Of a stretch of 64,000 nucleotides of DNA, positions 39,104 through 50,700 are shown piece by piece (position 1 is the stretch's first letter; every line of letters starts with the position of its first letter). The notes beneath the pieces are model-generated. The model was not told the DNA's origin and ran no database searches. It was given only the letters and a program-made list of their open reading frames with translations. The translations under genes were made by a program, and so were the position numbers. The DNA is from Candidatus Poribacteria bacterium (GTDB lineage: Bacteria; Poribacteria; WGA-4E; PCPOR2b), in contig OZ244587.1 of the NCBI GenBank assembly GCA_965218095.1, positions 32,001 through 96,000 on the forward strand, read 5' to 3'.

Positions 39104-40897
39104 ATGAAACAGGCTTCTAACTACATTCTACCCGAAATCTTTGAAGATATTCGTGCGCAAAACGATATTGTCGAAGTCATATCGGAGTGTGGCGTGCTGT
39201 TGAAGCCTGCCGGGAAAGAGTATAAAGCCCTTTGTCCCTTCCACGATGAGAAAACTCCGTCCTTCACCGTCTCTCCTGACAAGCAGATGTTCTACTGCTT
39301 CGGCTGCAATACCGGTGGGAATACCATCAGCTTCCTTCAGAAGCATGAAGGAAAATCTTTCAGGGAATCCGTCGAATGGTTGGCGGAACGTGCCGGAATT
39401 TCGTTGCCAACCCAGGATGGAAGAGCGCGTCAGATTAGCCGTAAACGTCTGGAACTTCAAGATCTCAATCGTTTTGCAATAGAGTATTTTCACCGGCGAC
39501 TCTTAACTCCTCAGATCGGTGGGCATGCGCTGACATACCTAAAGAACCGGGGCATCAAAGATCAAACGATCCGGCAATTCCAACTCGGATACGCAACGCC
39601 GGGGCGTCGGGATGTGGTTAAGGCTGCCACACAAGCCGGCTTTTCGATTCAACAACTCATTGATGTTGGACTTATTAAAAGCGAAGAGCAGGGGTCCTTA
39701 GATCGATTTCGAGGGCGTGTGATTTTTCCGATTCGTGATGAACGGGGGGGGGCGGTTGGGTTTGGTGGGCGAGCATTATCTGACGATCACCTTCCCAAAT
39801 ATCTGAATTCTCCCACCACAGCCCTTTATGATAAAAGCAAAACCCTTTACAATTTATACGATGCGCGCCTGGCAATTCAGAAGGAAGGGAAAGTTATTCT
39901 CGTTGAAGGTTACTTTGACGTGCTCATGCTGTATCAGGCGGGGGTCCAAAACGTCGTGGCTTCGCTAGGCACTTCGTTTAGCGAGTCTCACGCTAGTCTA
40001 TTGAAGCGGTTTGCCGAAGAAACAATCATTGTCTATGACAGCGATCCGGCGGGATTCCAGGCGACACTGCGAGGGTTGCATCTTCTGTTGGGAGCAGGGC
40101 TGCGCGTGCGCATTGCAACCCTTCCTCCCGGTGCAGATCCGGATCAATTCATTCGCACACACGGCGTCAATGCTTTCAGTCAAATCATCAATTCTGCAAT
40201 GAACCTGATTGAATTTCAGATCCAACGGGCGACTCAACAGGACGCAATTCATCGGATTGATGTAAAAACTCAAGCTGTCAAAGAGATTGCCTTGACACTA
40301 TCGAATCTCACGAGCCAGGTTGAACTCAACGAGTATATCCGGCACACAGCACAAGAACTCGACATTGACCGGTCCGTGCTTTGGAAAGAGTTACAGCGTT
40401 TTGGGGTCAAAGCGCCTCGTTCAACTTTTCCTGCTCGCCGTTCCTGTGTTGCCGAAAAGCCACAGATGACCCCACGCGAATCGATTGAGTGGCAACTAGT
40501 TGGCGCATTGATACAAAGCCCAGATCTCATCCCTTTCGCCAAAGCCAATTTCCACTATCAGGACTTCACCCATCCGGACTTTGCGACCATTGCTCGGATG
40601 CTCTGGCAAACGAGTGAGCTTGATAGCTCGGTTAACATGCAGCATATCATTCATACTTGTACCGATGAAAAAATAAAAGAAATGATCTCCAGGGCGCTTC
40701 TGCAAAGGACGATTCCTCCGAATTTGAGGACACGAGTGGATGGTTGTCTGAAAAAGCTCAAAGATTTTCTGTTATGGGATGTTGAGCGTGAGAGGCGTTC
40801 TACAGCCCTTAGACAGGGAAATAACAACAAAGATATCCTTGCAGAGCTCGTTGAACTTTCTAACCGAAGAAGGCGGTTATACTCGGCACGGGCATAG
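39104..40897 (+). CDS. dnaG: DNA primase
   Basis: CPFH...CFGC zinc finger, FRGRVIFPI, KYLNSP, EGYFD and YDSD. Confidence 0.98.
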   Translation: MKQASNYILPEIFEDIRAQNDIVEVISECGVLLKPAGKEYKALCPFHDEKTPSFTVSPDKQMFYCFGCNTGGNTISFLQKHEGKSFRESVEWLAERAGISLPTQDGRARQISRKRLELQDLNRFAIEYFHRRLLTPQIGGHALTYLKNRGIKDQTIRQFQLGYATPGRRDVVKAATQAGFSIQQLIDVGLIKSEEQGSLDRFRGRVIFPIRDERGGAVGFGGRALSDDHLPKYLNSPTTALYDKSKTLYNLYDARLAIQKEGKVILVEGYFDVLMLYQAGVQNVVASLGTSFSESHASLLKRFAEETIIVYDSDPAGFQATLRGLHLLLGAGLRVRIATLPPGADPDQFIRTHGVNAFSQIINSAMNLIEFQIQRATQQDAIHRIDVKTQAVKEIALTLSNLTSQVELNEYIRHTAQELDIDRSVLWKELQRFGVKAPRSTFPARRSCVAEKPQMTPRESIEWQLVGALIQSPDLIPFAKANFHYQDFTHPDFATIARMLWQTSELDSSVNMQHIIHTCTDEKIKEMISRALLQRTIPPNLRTRVDGCLKKLKDFLLWDVERERRSTALRQGNNNKDILAELVELSNRRRRLYSARA

Positions 40898-41027
40898 ATT
40901 GCGCTTTTCTGAAATGTGATTTGCCTGCGGCTGCGTGGAAGGATCGTAATTCAAAAACTCAATTTGTTACCGCGCAAGCACACTCTGTTAATCCCCCGTT
41001 TTGATTTGGGAGGGACCAGGAGAATTA

Positions 41028-42815
41028 ATGACGATGGCTTCAATGCGCAGTGTAGATAATCGCTTAATCGATCTAGACAAAGAGAAAAATTATGTTGAAT
41101 ACAGCGAGCAACCAGACCCTTCACCACCGGCTGATTTCGACGACCTGCTTCAAATTGACTTGGAAGAGATTAACCTTTCAGAAAATCCAGCAGACCTTGA
41201 TGAGGGAGATTTAACAATGAATTTCAAAGGTATCGATCAAACCGCAGATTTTGATACGTCTAATTACTGTGATGACGAAGATTATGCTAACATTGATTAT
41301 AGTGACCTGCCACTGGATTTGGGTCCAAGTAAACTTGATAAGGTTGACGACCCGGTTAAGGTATACATGCGAGAGATGGGAAGTATCCCTTTGCTTACCA
41401 AGCAACAAGAGATTTCCTTATCAAGGCAGATTGAAGAAGGACATCGTATTGTCGAAGAGGCAATATTTGAAACGCCAATTGCAATTGCCGAGGTTCGGAA
41501 ACTTCTCAATCAGATTTTGACGGGTACGAAAAAGGCCTCCGATGTGATTGCAATGGAGGTTTCCAGCTCATCCGCTAATGATAAGGAAGAAAAGTATCTA
41601 CAAATAGCAAAGAAACTGATGGCCTATTTGAAGGACGTTGATTTAGAAATGCGCGTCCAAGAGCGCAAGTTGACGTATGAAAATCTGTCCCTTAATGAGG
41701 AGAAGGCTCTTCGTAAAAAACTCGAATCCAATCGTTCAGAATTGGTGGAGACCCTCAAGAAGCTCAAAATCGATCGCGAAGCGATCAGCAAAATCACAGG
41801 CAAAATTAAAGAGATTGCAAACCGCATGACAGATTTGGAAAGCAAGGTGACACAAATTGAGAAGGAGTGCAATCAATCTGCAGACGAGATTTGTCAGCTT
41901 GTTTGGGATTACGCCCTCGGTAAGGTACAAATGCCTGACCTAACTCGCATTGAAGAATTCAAACGATATAACCGGAAGATTGTCAAAGCAAGACGAACCA
42001 TCAAAAGGTTGGAGCGTGAAATTGGTACTTCACGTGAGTATCATAACTGCACCACCCAGCGAGTCTGTATGGGAGAGACACGTGCACAAGAAGCGAAGAT
42101 GACCATTGTCGAGTCGAACCTTCGGCTTGTCGTCAGCATTGCGAAAAAGTATAGGAATCGGACGCCGAGGCTGACGTTTTTGGACCTCATCCAAGAGGGG
42201 AATATCGGCTTGATGAAAGCTGTCGACAAATTCGAGTATCGGCGTGGTTATAAATTTAGCACTTACGCAACATGGTGGATCCGCCAGGGGATTACCCGTT
42301 CCATTGCTGATCAAGCGCGTACCATTCGTATCCCCGTTCACATGATTGAGACGATCAATAAACTCATCCGTACCTGCCGCTACCTTGTCCAGGAGAAGGG
42401 GCGCGAACCCGTACCGGAGGAGATCGCCGATGAGATGAACATTTCTGTCGAAAAAGTCAGACAGGTGCTTCGGATTGCCCAGGAGCCGATCTCTTTAGAA
42501 ACGCCGGTTGGTGAAGAAGAGGACAGCCAACTTGGCGATTTCATTGAAGACAAAAATTCCAAATCGCCTGTCGCCGAAGCAACATTTACGATGCTTAAAG
42601 AGCGTATTGAAGAGGTACTCCGTACATTGACGGAGCGCGAAGCAAAGGTTATCCGCTTGAGGTTTGGGATTGGGGATGGCTATCCCCGGACGCTAGAGGA
42701 GGTTGGTACAGAGTTTCAAGTAACCCGCGAGCGCATCCGCCAAATTGAAGCAAAAGCCTTACGAAAATTGCGTCACCCAACCCGCAGCCACCAGCTACGG
42801 GGCTTTCTGGACTAA
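41028..42815 (+). CDS. rpoD: Primary RNA polymerase sigma factor
   Basis: [41 protein letters not shown] and [19 protein letters not shown]; follows dnaG. Confidence 0.98.
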   Translation: MTMASMRSVDNRLIDLDKEKNYVEYSEQPDPSPPADFDDLLQIDLEEINLSENPADLDEGDLTMNFKGIDQTADFDTSNYCDDEDYANIDYSDLPLDLGPSKLDKVDDPVKVYMREMGSIPLLTKQQEISLSRQIEEGHRIVEEAIFETPIAIAEVRKLLNQILTGTKKASDVIAMEVSSSSANDKEEKYLQIAKKLMAYLKDVDLEMRVQERKLTYENLSLNEEKALRKKLESNRSELVETLKKLKIDREAISKITGKIKEIANRMTDLESKVTQIEKECNQSADEICQLVWDYALGKVQMPDLTRIEEFKRYNRKIVKARRTIKRLEREIGTSREYHNCTTQRVCMGETRAQEAKMTIVESNLRLVVSIAKKYRNRTPRLTFLDLIQEGNIGLMKAVDKFEYRRGYKFSTYATWWIRQGITRSIADQARTIRIPVHMIETINKLIRTCRYLVQEKGREPVPEEIADEMNISVEKVRQVLRIAQEPISLETPVGEEEDSQLGDFIEDKNSKSPVAEATFTMLKERIEEVLRTLTEREAKVIRLRFGIGDGYPRTLEEVGTEFQVTRERIRQIEAKALRKLRHPTRSHQLRGFLD

Positions 42816-42977
42816 AGCTTAAAGACAGAAATAAGTGGACAGTAGATCCTTGAAAAGGTTTGAAACCTTTTCAAGGTTGAATCGAGTTGTTGCGAAGCAC
42901 CGGCAGATGAATGCCGAAAGTAATACAAGCTGCCATCTTGGACTACAGGTTGGCAATTTCTGTTTTAGAAATTTTCA

Positions 42978-43006
42978 TTGACAAATTCACCGCGAACTTT
43001 TATAAT
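42978..43006 (+). promoter_or_regulatory. Consensus sigma70 promoter for the tRNA pair
   Basis: TTGACA-17-TATAAT. Confidence 0.88.
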
Positions 43007-43021
43007 TGCGCGATCTAAGAT

Positions 43022-43094
43022 GGGCCTATAGCTCAGTGGTCAGAGCCGCCGGCTCATAACCGGCTGGTCCTAGGTTCGAATCCTAGTGGGCCCA
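43022..43094 (+). tRNA. tRNA with CAT anticodon, most likely tRNA-Ile2 (lysidine)
   Basis: Cloverleaf with GGGCCTA acceptor and CTCATAA loop; no initiator features; lies downstream of rpoD as ileX does. Confidence 0.9.
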
Positions 43095-43148
43095 TTATTT
43101 CCTTTCCATCGTCCATTTCCTCTCCTTTCCACTGTAAATCCTGTGTAT

Positions 43149-43221
43149 GGGGCGTTAGCTCAGGGGTACGAGCGCTACCTTCACACGGTAGAAGTCACTG
43201 GTTCAAATCCAGTACGCCCCA
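43149..43221 (+). tRNA. tRNA-Val (CAC)
   Basis: GGGGCGT/ACGCCCC acceptor, CTACC-TTCACAC-GGTAG anticodon arm and GGTTCAAATCC T-arm. Confidence 0.93.
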
Positions 43222-43336
43222 TCACCTCCCTCATTGTGTTTTCCCGTTATCTTCCTTCCCTATCAGCGTTTGTTCTCCAAGCTAATACCCATCTATCGAT
43301 CCTGTTATTTTTCGACAAAGAAAGGTAGGAACAACA

Positions 43337-44479
43337 ATGAAGATTACGAATATCAAAACGGTCATGGCTCGCTTCGGCGGCCGTTCCAGGGGCCTAATTA
43401 AAATCGAGACCGACGAAGGCCTCTACGGGTGGGGCGAAACCTACTCCGTCGGACCAAACCTTTCCGCCGAACCCATCGCCGATTACATCTTCGAGATGAT
43501 CAAAGGTGAAGATCCGCGCCGCATCGAATACATCATGCTGAAAATTCACCAGCAGTTCCGCTTCCCTGCCGGTGGTACGGGTTTGGCTGTTATCTCCGCT
43601 ATCGATCACGCGCTCTGGGACATCAGCGGTAAGGCTGCCGGACTTCCCGTCTATATGCTCCTCGGGGGAACTGCCCGCGACCGCGTCCGTGTCTATCACG
43701 GCATCGGTGGTCGCAATGGCGAGGAGGTCGGCGAAAGGGCACAGAAATTGCACGAAGAATGGGGCTTTGCAGCCTTCAAGACCAGCCCTTATCAACTCAA
43801 CCCCGATGCCGATCGCTGGGGACGGGTCTGCGCAGCCGCCGCCGAATACTTCGAGGACATCCGCAACAACACGCCGGACGACTGGGAATTTGCCTTCGAC
43901 CCGCATGCGAAGATCTTCGAGCCCATTCGCGCTCTGCAATTAGCCAATGCGCTGGCGCCTTATGACCCCTACTTCTACGAAGAACCATTGAGGCCCGAGC
44001 ATATTCCCGCCTGGTCACGCTTGCGCTCTCAGATGCAGGTGCCGCTGGCGACCGGCGAAAGCCTCTACACTCGCTTCGAGTTTCTCGACCTGCTGGCTGC
44101 TCAAGGGGCGGACATCATTCAGCCGGACATCTGTGTCTGCGGCGGGTTGCTCGAAATGCGCAAGATCGCCGCCATCGCCGAAGCGCATTACGTTTCCATC
44201 GCGCCCCACAACCCGATGGGCCCCCTGGCGACAGCGGTGAACGTCCACTTTGCCGCTTCAACGCCAAATTTCAAGATCCTCGAGTACATCCTGCCAGTGG
44301 ACACCGAATGGAATGAGTGGGTGGACGAACCTTATCTGCCCAAAGACGGGTACCTGGAGTTGCGAGACCGTCCTGGCCTCGGCGTGGAGGTGAATGAAGA
44401 CGCCATCACCGATAATGAATATATCCACTGGCAGCGCACCTGCCCGATTCGCCCAGACGGGGCAACCGGGTACATTTAG
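43337..44479 (+). CDS. Mandelate racemase/MLE-family acid-sugar dehydratase (DgoD-like)
   Basis: GWGE, AIDHALWDI.GK, YEEP, ATGE, QPD and APHNP. Confidence 0.9.
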   Translation: MKITNIKTVMARFGGRSRGLIKIETDEGLYGWGETYSVGPNLSAEPIADYIFEMIKGEDPRRIEYIMLKIHQQFRFPAGGTGLAVISAIDHALWDISGKAAGLPVYMLLGGTARDRVRVYHGIGGRNGEEVGERAQKLHEEWGFAAFKTSPYQLNPDADRWGRVCAAAAEYFEDIRNNTPDDWEFAFDPHAKIFEPIRALQLANALAPYDPYFYEEPLRPEHIPAWSRLRSQMQVPLATGESLYTRFEFLDLLAAQGADIIQPDICVCGGLLEMRKIAAIAEAHYVSIAPHNPMGPLATAVNVHFAASTPNFKILEYILPVDTEWNEWVDEPYLPKDGYLELRDRPGLGVEVNEDAITDNEYIHWQRTCPIRPDGATGYI

Positions 44480-44533
44480 ACAGGAAACGTGAATTGAGCA
44501 GATGTTACAAATTGTGAGTTGGGATTTCCATAC

Positions 44534-44593
44534 GTCAGCCTGAGTGAGGCGAAGCATCTCAAACGACGAGATCCTTCGCTCGCTCAGAATGAC
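44534..44593. repeat. GTCA...TGAC palindromic repeat
   Basis: gtcagcctgagtgaggcgaagcatctc...gagatccttcgctcgctcagaatgac. Confidence 0.8.
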
Positions 44594-44673
44594 CAACCGA
44601 AAATGCAGTTTAGGCTCTTGACAAGCATAAAGGGCCACAACTAAATTTCAAACAAGACTGAGGAGGACAAATT

Positions 44674-46632
44674 ATGAACACGGTTCGGTTTCACATTTTG
44701 CTTTTGGTCGCTGTGATAGTAGCAACCCAGCACACCTGTGTTTCAACCAATACGCAAAAACAAGCGGGAAAACTCATCCAGGAAAAGGATTATCAAGGCG
44801 CTGCTGATGTGTATCAGGCGGTCATCGATTCCAAACCCGGAACGCCGGATGCTCGCCAGGCGCAATTAGGCATCGCCAAGTTATATATCGACAAAATGAA
44901 TAGATCCCAACAGGGCGCTCAGGTTTATCAAGACCTCATCGCTGCGGCGCCGGACAGCGAGGAAGCTGCCCAAGCCCACTGGCGCCTGGGCATCTATGCT
45001 TTCAAAACGAAAAAAGATTATGAGTTGGCACAACAATCCTTTGACGCCATCATTAACAAATTTCCGAGCCTTGAGCTGAGTCATAACGCGCAACTGATGC
45101 TGGCAAAGAGCTATGAGGAAGCTGAGGATTATGAGAAGGCAGCAGAGATCTACGACAATGTCGCAAACCGCCATCCCAAAGGTGACCGTGCTGCACAAGC
45201 ACTCACCAATAAAGCCAAGATTCAGAAGGAATACCTGCAGGATGAAAACGAAGCCAAGCGAACCTACCAAACCCTCGTCAAGCGGTATGGCAAGATCGAA
45301 GGGACTGAAAAAGCGGTTGAGAAGGCGAAACAAGAACTCGAACTGATGCGGGCAAGTATCCCCGAACCGGTTGATCCGTTGGCGACAGAATATGGACGGC
45401 AACTCGCGGCGCGGGAGAAACGCCGGGAACGCGATCGCCCGCGGGGCGGCGTTGAACGCAGTCCCGCGATGGGTGTGGTAGCTACAGCCGCGGACTCCGG
45501 TTTCGGCGTGAATGCTGACGAGATCATGAGAGACTTTGGCCCCCAGGCTCAAGGAGATGAGGAAGGAACTTACTACGATGCGATGTTGCAGATTGCTAGC
45601 TATAACTTTATGGATGAACGCTATCGTGACGCCGGGGCGTTGTATTTTCGTGCGATTGAACTTGCCAAAGCGGATGATACGGAGGTCGATCCGCTGCATC
45701 ATGCCCATCTTCGTCTATCGATCTGCTATCGCAAACTTGGAATGCACCAGCGTGCGGCTAAGCTATTAAGGAAAGCTGTCAGGCGAGATAAACGAGTTCT
45801 TGAGTCTGTCATCACGACAGGCGGGACGCAATACAGCGATGGGGATTACGAAAAAGCGATTGAAACTTACAACTCTGTCTTGGGTGTGAATCGAACCAAA
45901 GACCCGGAGATTTATTGGAGACTAGGACTCGTCTACCAAAAAATGGGCGATTACCAGAAGGAAGCGGAATCTTGCGAGCGCGCCATCGCCGGCAACACGG
46001 AATACACCGACGCACTCCAAAGTCTTGCCTATGTGCTTTACCGCCATCTAAACGAAAAAGACCGGGGTGAGATCTTCGACGATCTCGCCAAGGGCACAGG
46101 CAACACTTACGATGGCGAAAAGGAACTGGGCGCTATCTGTTATAAATATGGCGCCTACCACCGGGCAAAATCAAAATACAAGGTAGCCGCACGTATTGCC
46201 CAACGGCAGAAAAAAGATGCCACAACCGAAGCGGAAAAACGTCTCCTCGATAATCAGATTGTCTACGCAAGGGTGCACGCAGCGATGGCTGCCTACAAAA
46301 GCGGAATGGAAGATAAAGCGCAAGAAATCCTGGATGCGCTCGCCGCCGAATATGTCGATCACCCACTGATACCATACGGACAGGGACAGCTTGCCCTGTT
46401 CAAAGGCAACGCCGATGCCGCAATTGCCGCCTTCAAAGCGTCGATGGAAAAAGATCCGGCTTTTGATGCGGCACCCATCGCGCTAGGTGAATATTATCTC
46501 TCACAGGGATATACGGATGAGGCAATCGCGTTATGGCAGGAATTCCTTAAAACCAGGTCCCGTAATCGCGTGGTACGTCGCCTTCTCAACCAGTTGAAAA
46601 AGCAGATTGAAGCACCAGCAGCCTCGGATTAG
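44674..46632 (+). CDS. Exported TPR-repeat protein
   Basis: Signal-like N-terminus and numerous TPR helices; RBS GAGGAGG. Confidence 0.88.
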   Translation: MNTVRFHILLLVAVIVATQHTCVSTNTQKQAGKLIQEKDYQGAADVYQAVIDSKPGTPDARQAQLGIAKLYIDKMNRSQQGAQVYQDLIAAAPDSEEAAQAHWRLGIYAFKTKKDYELAQQSFDAIINKFPSLELSHNAQLMLAKSYEEAEDYEKAAEIYDNVANRHPKGDRAAQALTNKAKIQKEYLQDENEAKRTYQTLVKRYGKIEGTEKAVEKAKQELELMRASIPEPVDPLATEYGRQLAAREKRRERDRPRGGVERSPAMGVVATAADSGFGVNADEIMRDFGPQAQGDEEGTYYDAMLQIASYNFMDERYRDAGALYFRAIELAKADDTEVDPLHHAHLRLSICYRKLGMHQRAAKLLRKAVRRDKRVLESVITTGGTQYSDGDYEKAIETYNSVLGVNRTKDPEIYWRLGLVYQKMGDYQKEAESCERAIAGNTEYTDALQSLAYVLYRHLNEKDRGEIFDDLAKGTGNTYDGEKELGAICYKYGAYHRAKSKYKVAARIAQRQKKDATTEAEKRLLDNQIVYARVHAAMAAYKSGMEDKAQEILDALAAEYVDHPLIPYGQGQLALFKGNADAAIAAFKASMEKDPAFDAAPIALGEYYLSQGYTDEAIALWQEFLKTRSRNRVVRRLLNQLKKQIEAPAASD

Positions 46633-46649
46633 GGGCTGTTGACAAACTA

Positions 46650-47469
46650 GGTTCTGTTGACATTTGAGTATAAGGTTGTGGCATAATAGAAGAATGACGC
46701 CAATAACCTTACCTGATGAACAATGGAATAAGATATACCAGTTTCTTCTAAGCTGTCCCACCATCTATGTTGGCGACGAAGCTGCTACACGCCGCTTCGT
46801 CGAAGCGGTTCTGTGGGTGACTCGTAGTGGGGCTCAATGGAGACTTCTACCAGACACCTATGGCAAATGGAACACCCTCTACAAGCGGTTTGCTCGATGG
46901 TACGACAAAGGTATCTTCACACAGATGCACCACCACTTCGCCTCTGACCCCGATATCGAGTCGCTTATTGTGGACAGTACAATTTGCCGCGCGCACCCGT
47001 GTGCGGCGGGCGCCTTAAAAAAAACGGTGGCACTGAAAACCAAGCATTAGGTCGCTCTCGGGGCGGTTTCAGTACAAAAATTCACATCACAGTTAACGGA
47101 CTAGGCAATCCCCTAAGAATTCATCTGACCCCCGGTCAGAGACATGACATAACTGAGGCGGAAGGGTTGATAATCGGATATAACAGTGAATATGTGATTG
47201 GAGACAAGGGGTACGATTCGGACGCTTTTATCGCCGTTATTGAGGCGAATGGAGCGATTGCGGTGATACCGCCAAAAAGTCATCGTGTTGACCAAAGAAC
47301 GTATGACAAACACTTATACAAAGAGAGACATCGGGTTGAATGTTTCATTAACAAGATAAAATGGTATCGTCGTATCTTCTCTCGGTTTGAGAAGTTAGCT
47401 GTCCGTTATTTTGGATTTCTCAGCTTTGTCTCCACTCTTATATGGCTCCGTTGAAATGTCAACAGAACC
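46650..47469 (+). mobile_element. IS5-family element (IS427-like), apparently intact, 820 bp
   Basis: Perfect TIRs and TA duplication. orfA 46694-47050 and orfB ending at 47454 are joined by a -1 shift at the A8 run (47017-24); VDST, GDKGYD and ERHRVE motifs. Confidence 0.96.
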
Positions 47470-47472
47470 TAA

Positions 47473-47610
47473 TACCATTTCCGATTGACAATCAAGCATA
47501 ACTTCTGGAAGGAATGGAGGGAAAGGAAGAACGGAAGAAAACCATCCTTCCTTTCCTTCCGTTCTTCCCTTCCTTCCGCTCTAATACTGTGTTTTTATTC
47601 AGAAACGCTA
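47473..47610. mobile_element. Second MITE-like element with an internal purine/pyrimidine hairpin
   Basis: Imperfect TIRs taccatttccgattgacaa and tttttattcagaaacgcta; TAA on both sides. Confidence 0.55.
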
Positions 47611-47725
47611 TAAATAAGGCGCAGCAGACTGTGCTCGTCCGAGAATCGGACTGAACCTTTCTGTTCTACGCCTTCCGCGAGTTTGTCAACACACCCTAGT
47701 CCCAATCGCAGGAGGTTTCACTTCC

Positions 47726-50700
47726 ATGTCCATTCCGAAACTATCCGTCAGCAATCCTGTTCTGGCGAACCTGCTCATGATCGCCATCATCGTATTTGGT
47801 GTATATGCCTGGATTGTTCTCCCCAGAGACTTGACCCCCGAAATCTCTCTCCACTCCGCTACCGTGACAACATTCTATCCCGGCGCCTCCTCCGAAGATG
47901 TCGAAAAACTCGTTACCGTGCCGATTGAGGATGCAATTGAAGAGGACATGAGCAAAATCGACCTCATTGTTTCTGCCTCGTCGGAGGAACGGTCGTTGAT
48001 CTCCATCCAATTTGAGGAAATCGGCGACCGTGAGTTTGATAAACAATTTCAGAATCTTCGGACAGCCGTGGATAGAGTCAATGAGCTCCCGGCTGAGATT
48101 CTGGAGGAACCCCAGGTGCTGGCACTCGATATATCGACCGGTTTTCCGATGCTGACGGTTGTTGTTGGTGGGGAGATTTCGGAAGATCGGATGAAGGAAA
48201 TTGCTGAGAACCTGAAAGATGAAATCCGTGAAATTCAAAATATTGCCTCCGTCCGGTTAGCGGGAGTGCGTGAAAGGGAAATCTGGGTCGAAGTCAATCC
48301 GGATCAGTTGAAGGCATATTATCTCCCCATCGAAGCGGTCATCAACGCGCTGAAATCCCATAACCTGAACCTCCCCGCGGGAACATTAGAAGTGGGGACA
48401 TCGGAGTACCTGGTACGCACGATGGGAGAGTTTAGCAACCTGAAAGAAATTGAAGACACAATTATACGCGCCCAACGGACGGGAACCCCTTTGCGGATAC
48501 GCGATGTTGCGACCGTCTCCGATACTTATGAGAAGTCACGTACATTATCGCACATCAACGGTACGCCATCGATTAGCCTGACTGTCCAAAAGAAGACGGA
48601 GGGCAACACTATCAAACTCGTCAAGCAGATTCGGCAACTGGTCGAGAGGCGCGAACGCGACCTGCCAGAGGGGACGGAACTTTCGGTAGTAAATGACTAC
48701 TCCATTATCCTAAAAGAGCGACTTGGCATTCTGCAAAATAACGCCCTTTTTGGACTCATCCTTGTCGTTATTCTCCTTTTCCTCTTTCTGGGGTGGCGTA
48801 ACGCCCTTTTTGCAGCATTGGGCATCCCGGTTGCGTTCATGGCGACCTTCTTCTTTCTGCACTTGACAGGATATATCCTCAGCAGCGTCGCATTGTTCGG
48901 CTTAATTTTGGTTGTTGGTGTCGTCGTGGACGATGCAATCGTCGTGATTGAAAACGTGTTCCGCCACATTCAGCAAGGCAAATCTCCGAAAGAAGCAGCT
49001 GTTGCCGGCGCCGAAGAGGTTGGGCGGCCCGTCCTTTCGGCAAGTTTGACCACGATTGCCGCGTTTGGACCGCTCATGTTTATGTCAGGTATCCCTGGCC
49101 AGTTTATGCGAATCGTCCCAATGGTCGCCATCCTGGTGATACTCGCATCGTTGCTCGAGGTCTTCATGATCTTGCCAGCCCATATCGCAGAGTGGGGGAT
49201 GGCGCAGAGTCGGGAGCAACGGCGGTGTACCTGGTTTGATCGGGTGAGAGGGCACTATGTTCGTATCCTCAAGCGAACGATTCGCTGGCGCTATGCGGTT
49301 GTCTCTAGCGTTTTGGGCTTTGGGGTATTGGTCTCTATCGGCGCTTTTCTGCTGCTGGAGAAGGAACTCTTCCCCGGTGAAGATTTTCCGCAATTTTACA
49401 TCAAGGCGGAAATGCCAACGTCATTTAGTATAAAACAGACATCCGCTATTCTAGCAAAGGTCGAGGAAGTTGCCATGTCCCTTCCGTCTGACGAGCGCGT
49501 CGCCGTTGTGACAAACATCGGTTTGCTCACACCGACCGGTTCTCTTCTTGAGGGCGTGACCTTCCGCTCCAACGTCGGCGAAGTGTTGGTTGAATTGGCG
49601 CCGAAGGATGAACGTGAGCGAAGCACGGATGAGATTGTCGCAGGACTCCGGGGGAAGGTCGCAGAAATCAGTGGGATAGAGAAACTCACATTTGACAGGC
49701 TGGAAGGTGGACCGCCACAAGGCAAAGATGTCGAGGTGAAAGTCAAAGGAGAACAGTTTGAGGAGTTGGAAAAGATTGCCGAATTGCTCAAGGGAGAGCT
49801 ACATCAAATGGATGGCGTCTACAATATACAGGAGGACTTTCTGACAGGTAAAGTAGAGCTCCGAATTCGTATCAAGGAAGAGAAAGCACATCAGTACGGC
49901 TTAAATATCTTCCAGATTGCTTACAACGTGCGCAACGCCCTCGAAGGAAATACAACGACTACTTATCGTGATGCGGACGAGTCAGTTGATGTCGTTGTGA
50001 AATATGATCAGCATGCTCTGCGAACAGTCGCCAATCTTGAGGAACTGGTGATCACCACCCCGGCCGGGGTGATTGTGCCGCTAAGGGATGTCGCCGAAGT
50101 GCGAGAGGAAGCGGGTTATGCCGAAATTCGGCGGTTTGAGAACGAACGTGCGATTACCGTCTCCGCTACTGTGGACAAGAAAAAGACGAGCGCCTTCATG
50201 GTCAACCAAGCATTGATTGGGGCTTTCAGCAATATTGAATCGATGTTCCCCGGCTATCGCCTCGACTTCCGCGGCGTCTTCGACCAGATCCAAGAATCAT
50301 TTGGCGAACTCTGGAAGTTGTTTATCGTTGGGGTTTTAATCATGTACGTCATATTAGGAACACAGTTCAAATCCTTTATTCAGCCAGTCATTATTCTCTT
50401 TGCCGTGCCTTTTGGCATCATCGGTGCGATGGTCGGATTGTTAGCCGTTGGTGCGACATTGAGCATGGTCGCAATGTTTGGTATTGTTGCGTTGGCAGGG
50501 ATCGTTGTCAATGACTCGATTGTATTGATTGACTTCATGAACAAGTACCGCGAGCGTGGCTATAACAAGTGGCGAGCAATTCTTAAAGGTGGAAGCGTGC
50601 GTCTACGCCCGATAATCTTAACCTCAATCACAACGATCTTCGGCTTAATCCCGATGGCAACCGGGCTAGGTGGAAAGTCGCCAATCTGGATGCCGCTGGC

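Larger units (their letters stand above)
46632..47696. mobile_element. Outer IS5-type MITE containing two nested elements
   Basis: TIRs ggggctgttgacaaac (46632-47) and gtttgtcaacacaccc (47681-96), 14/16 match, flanked by TA. Confidence 0.75.
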
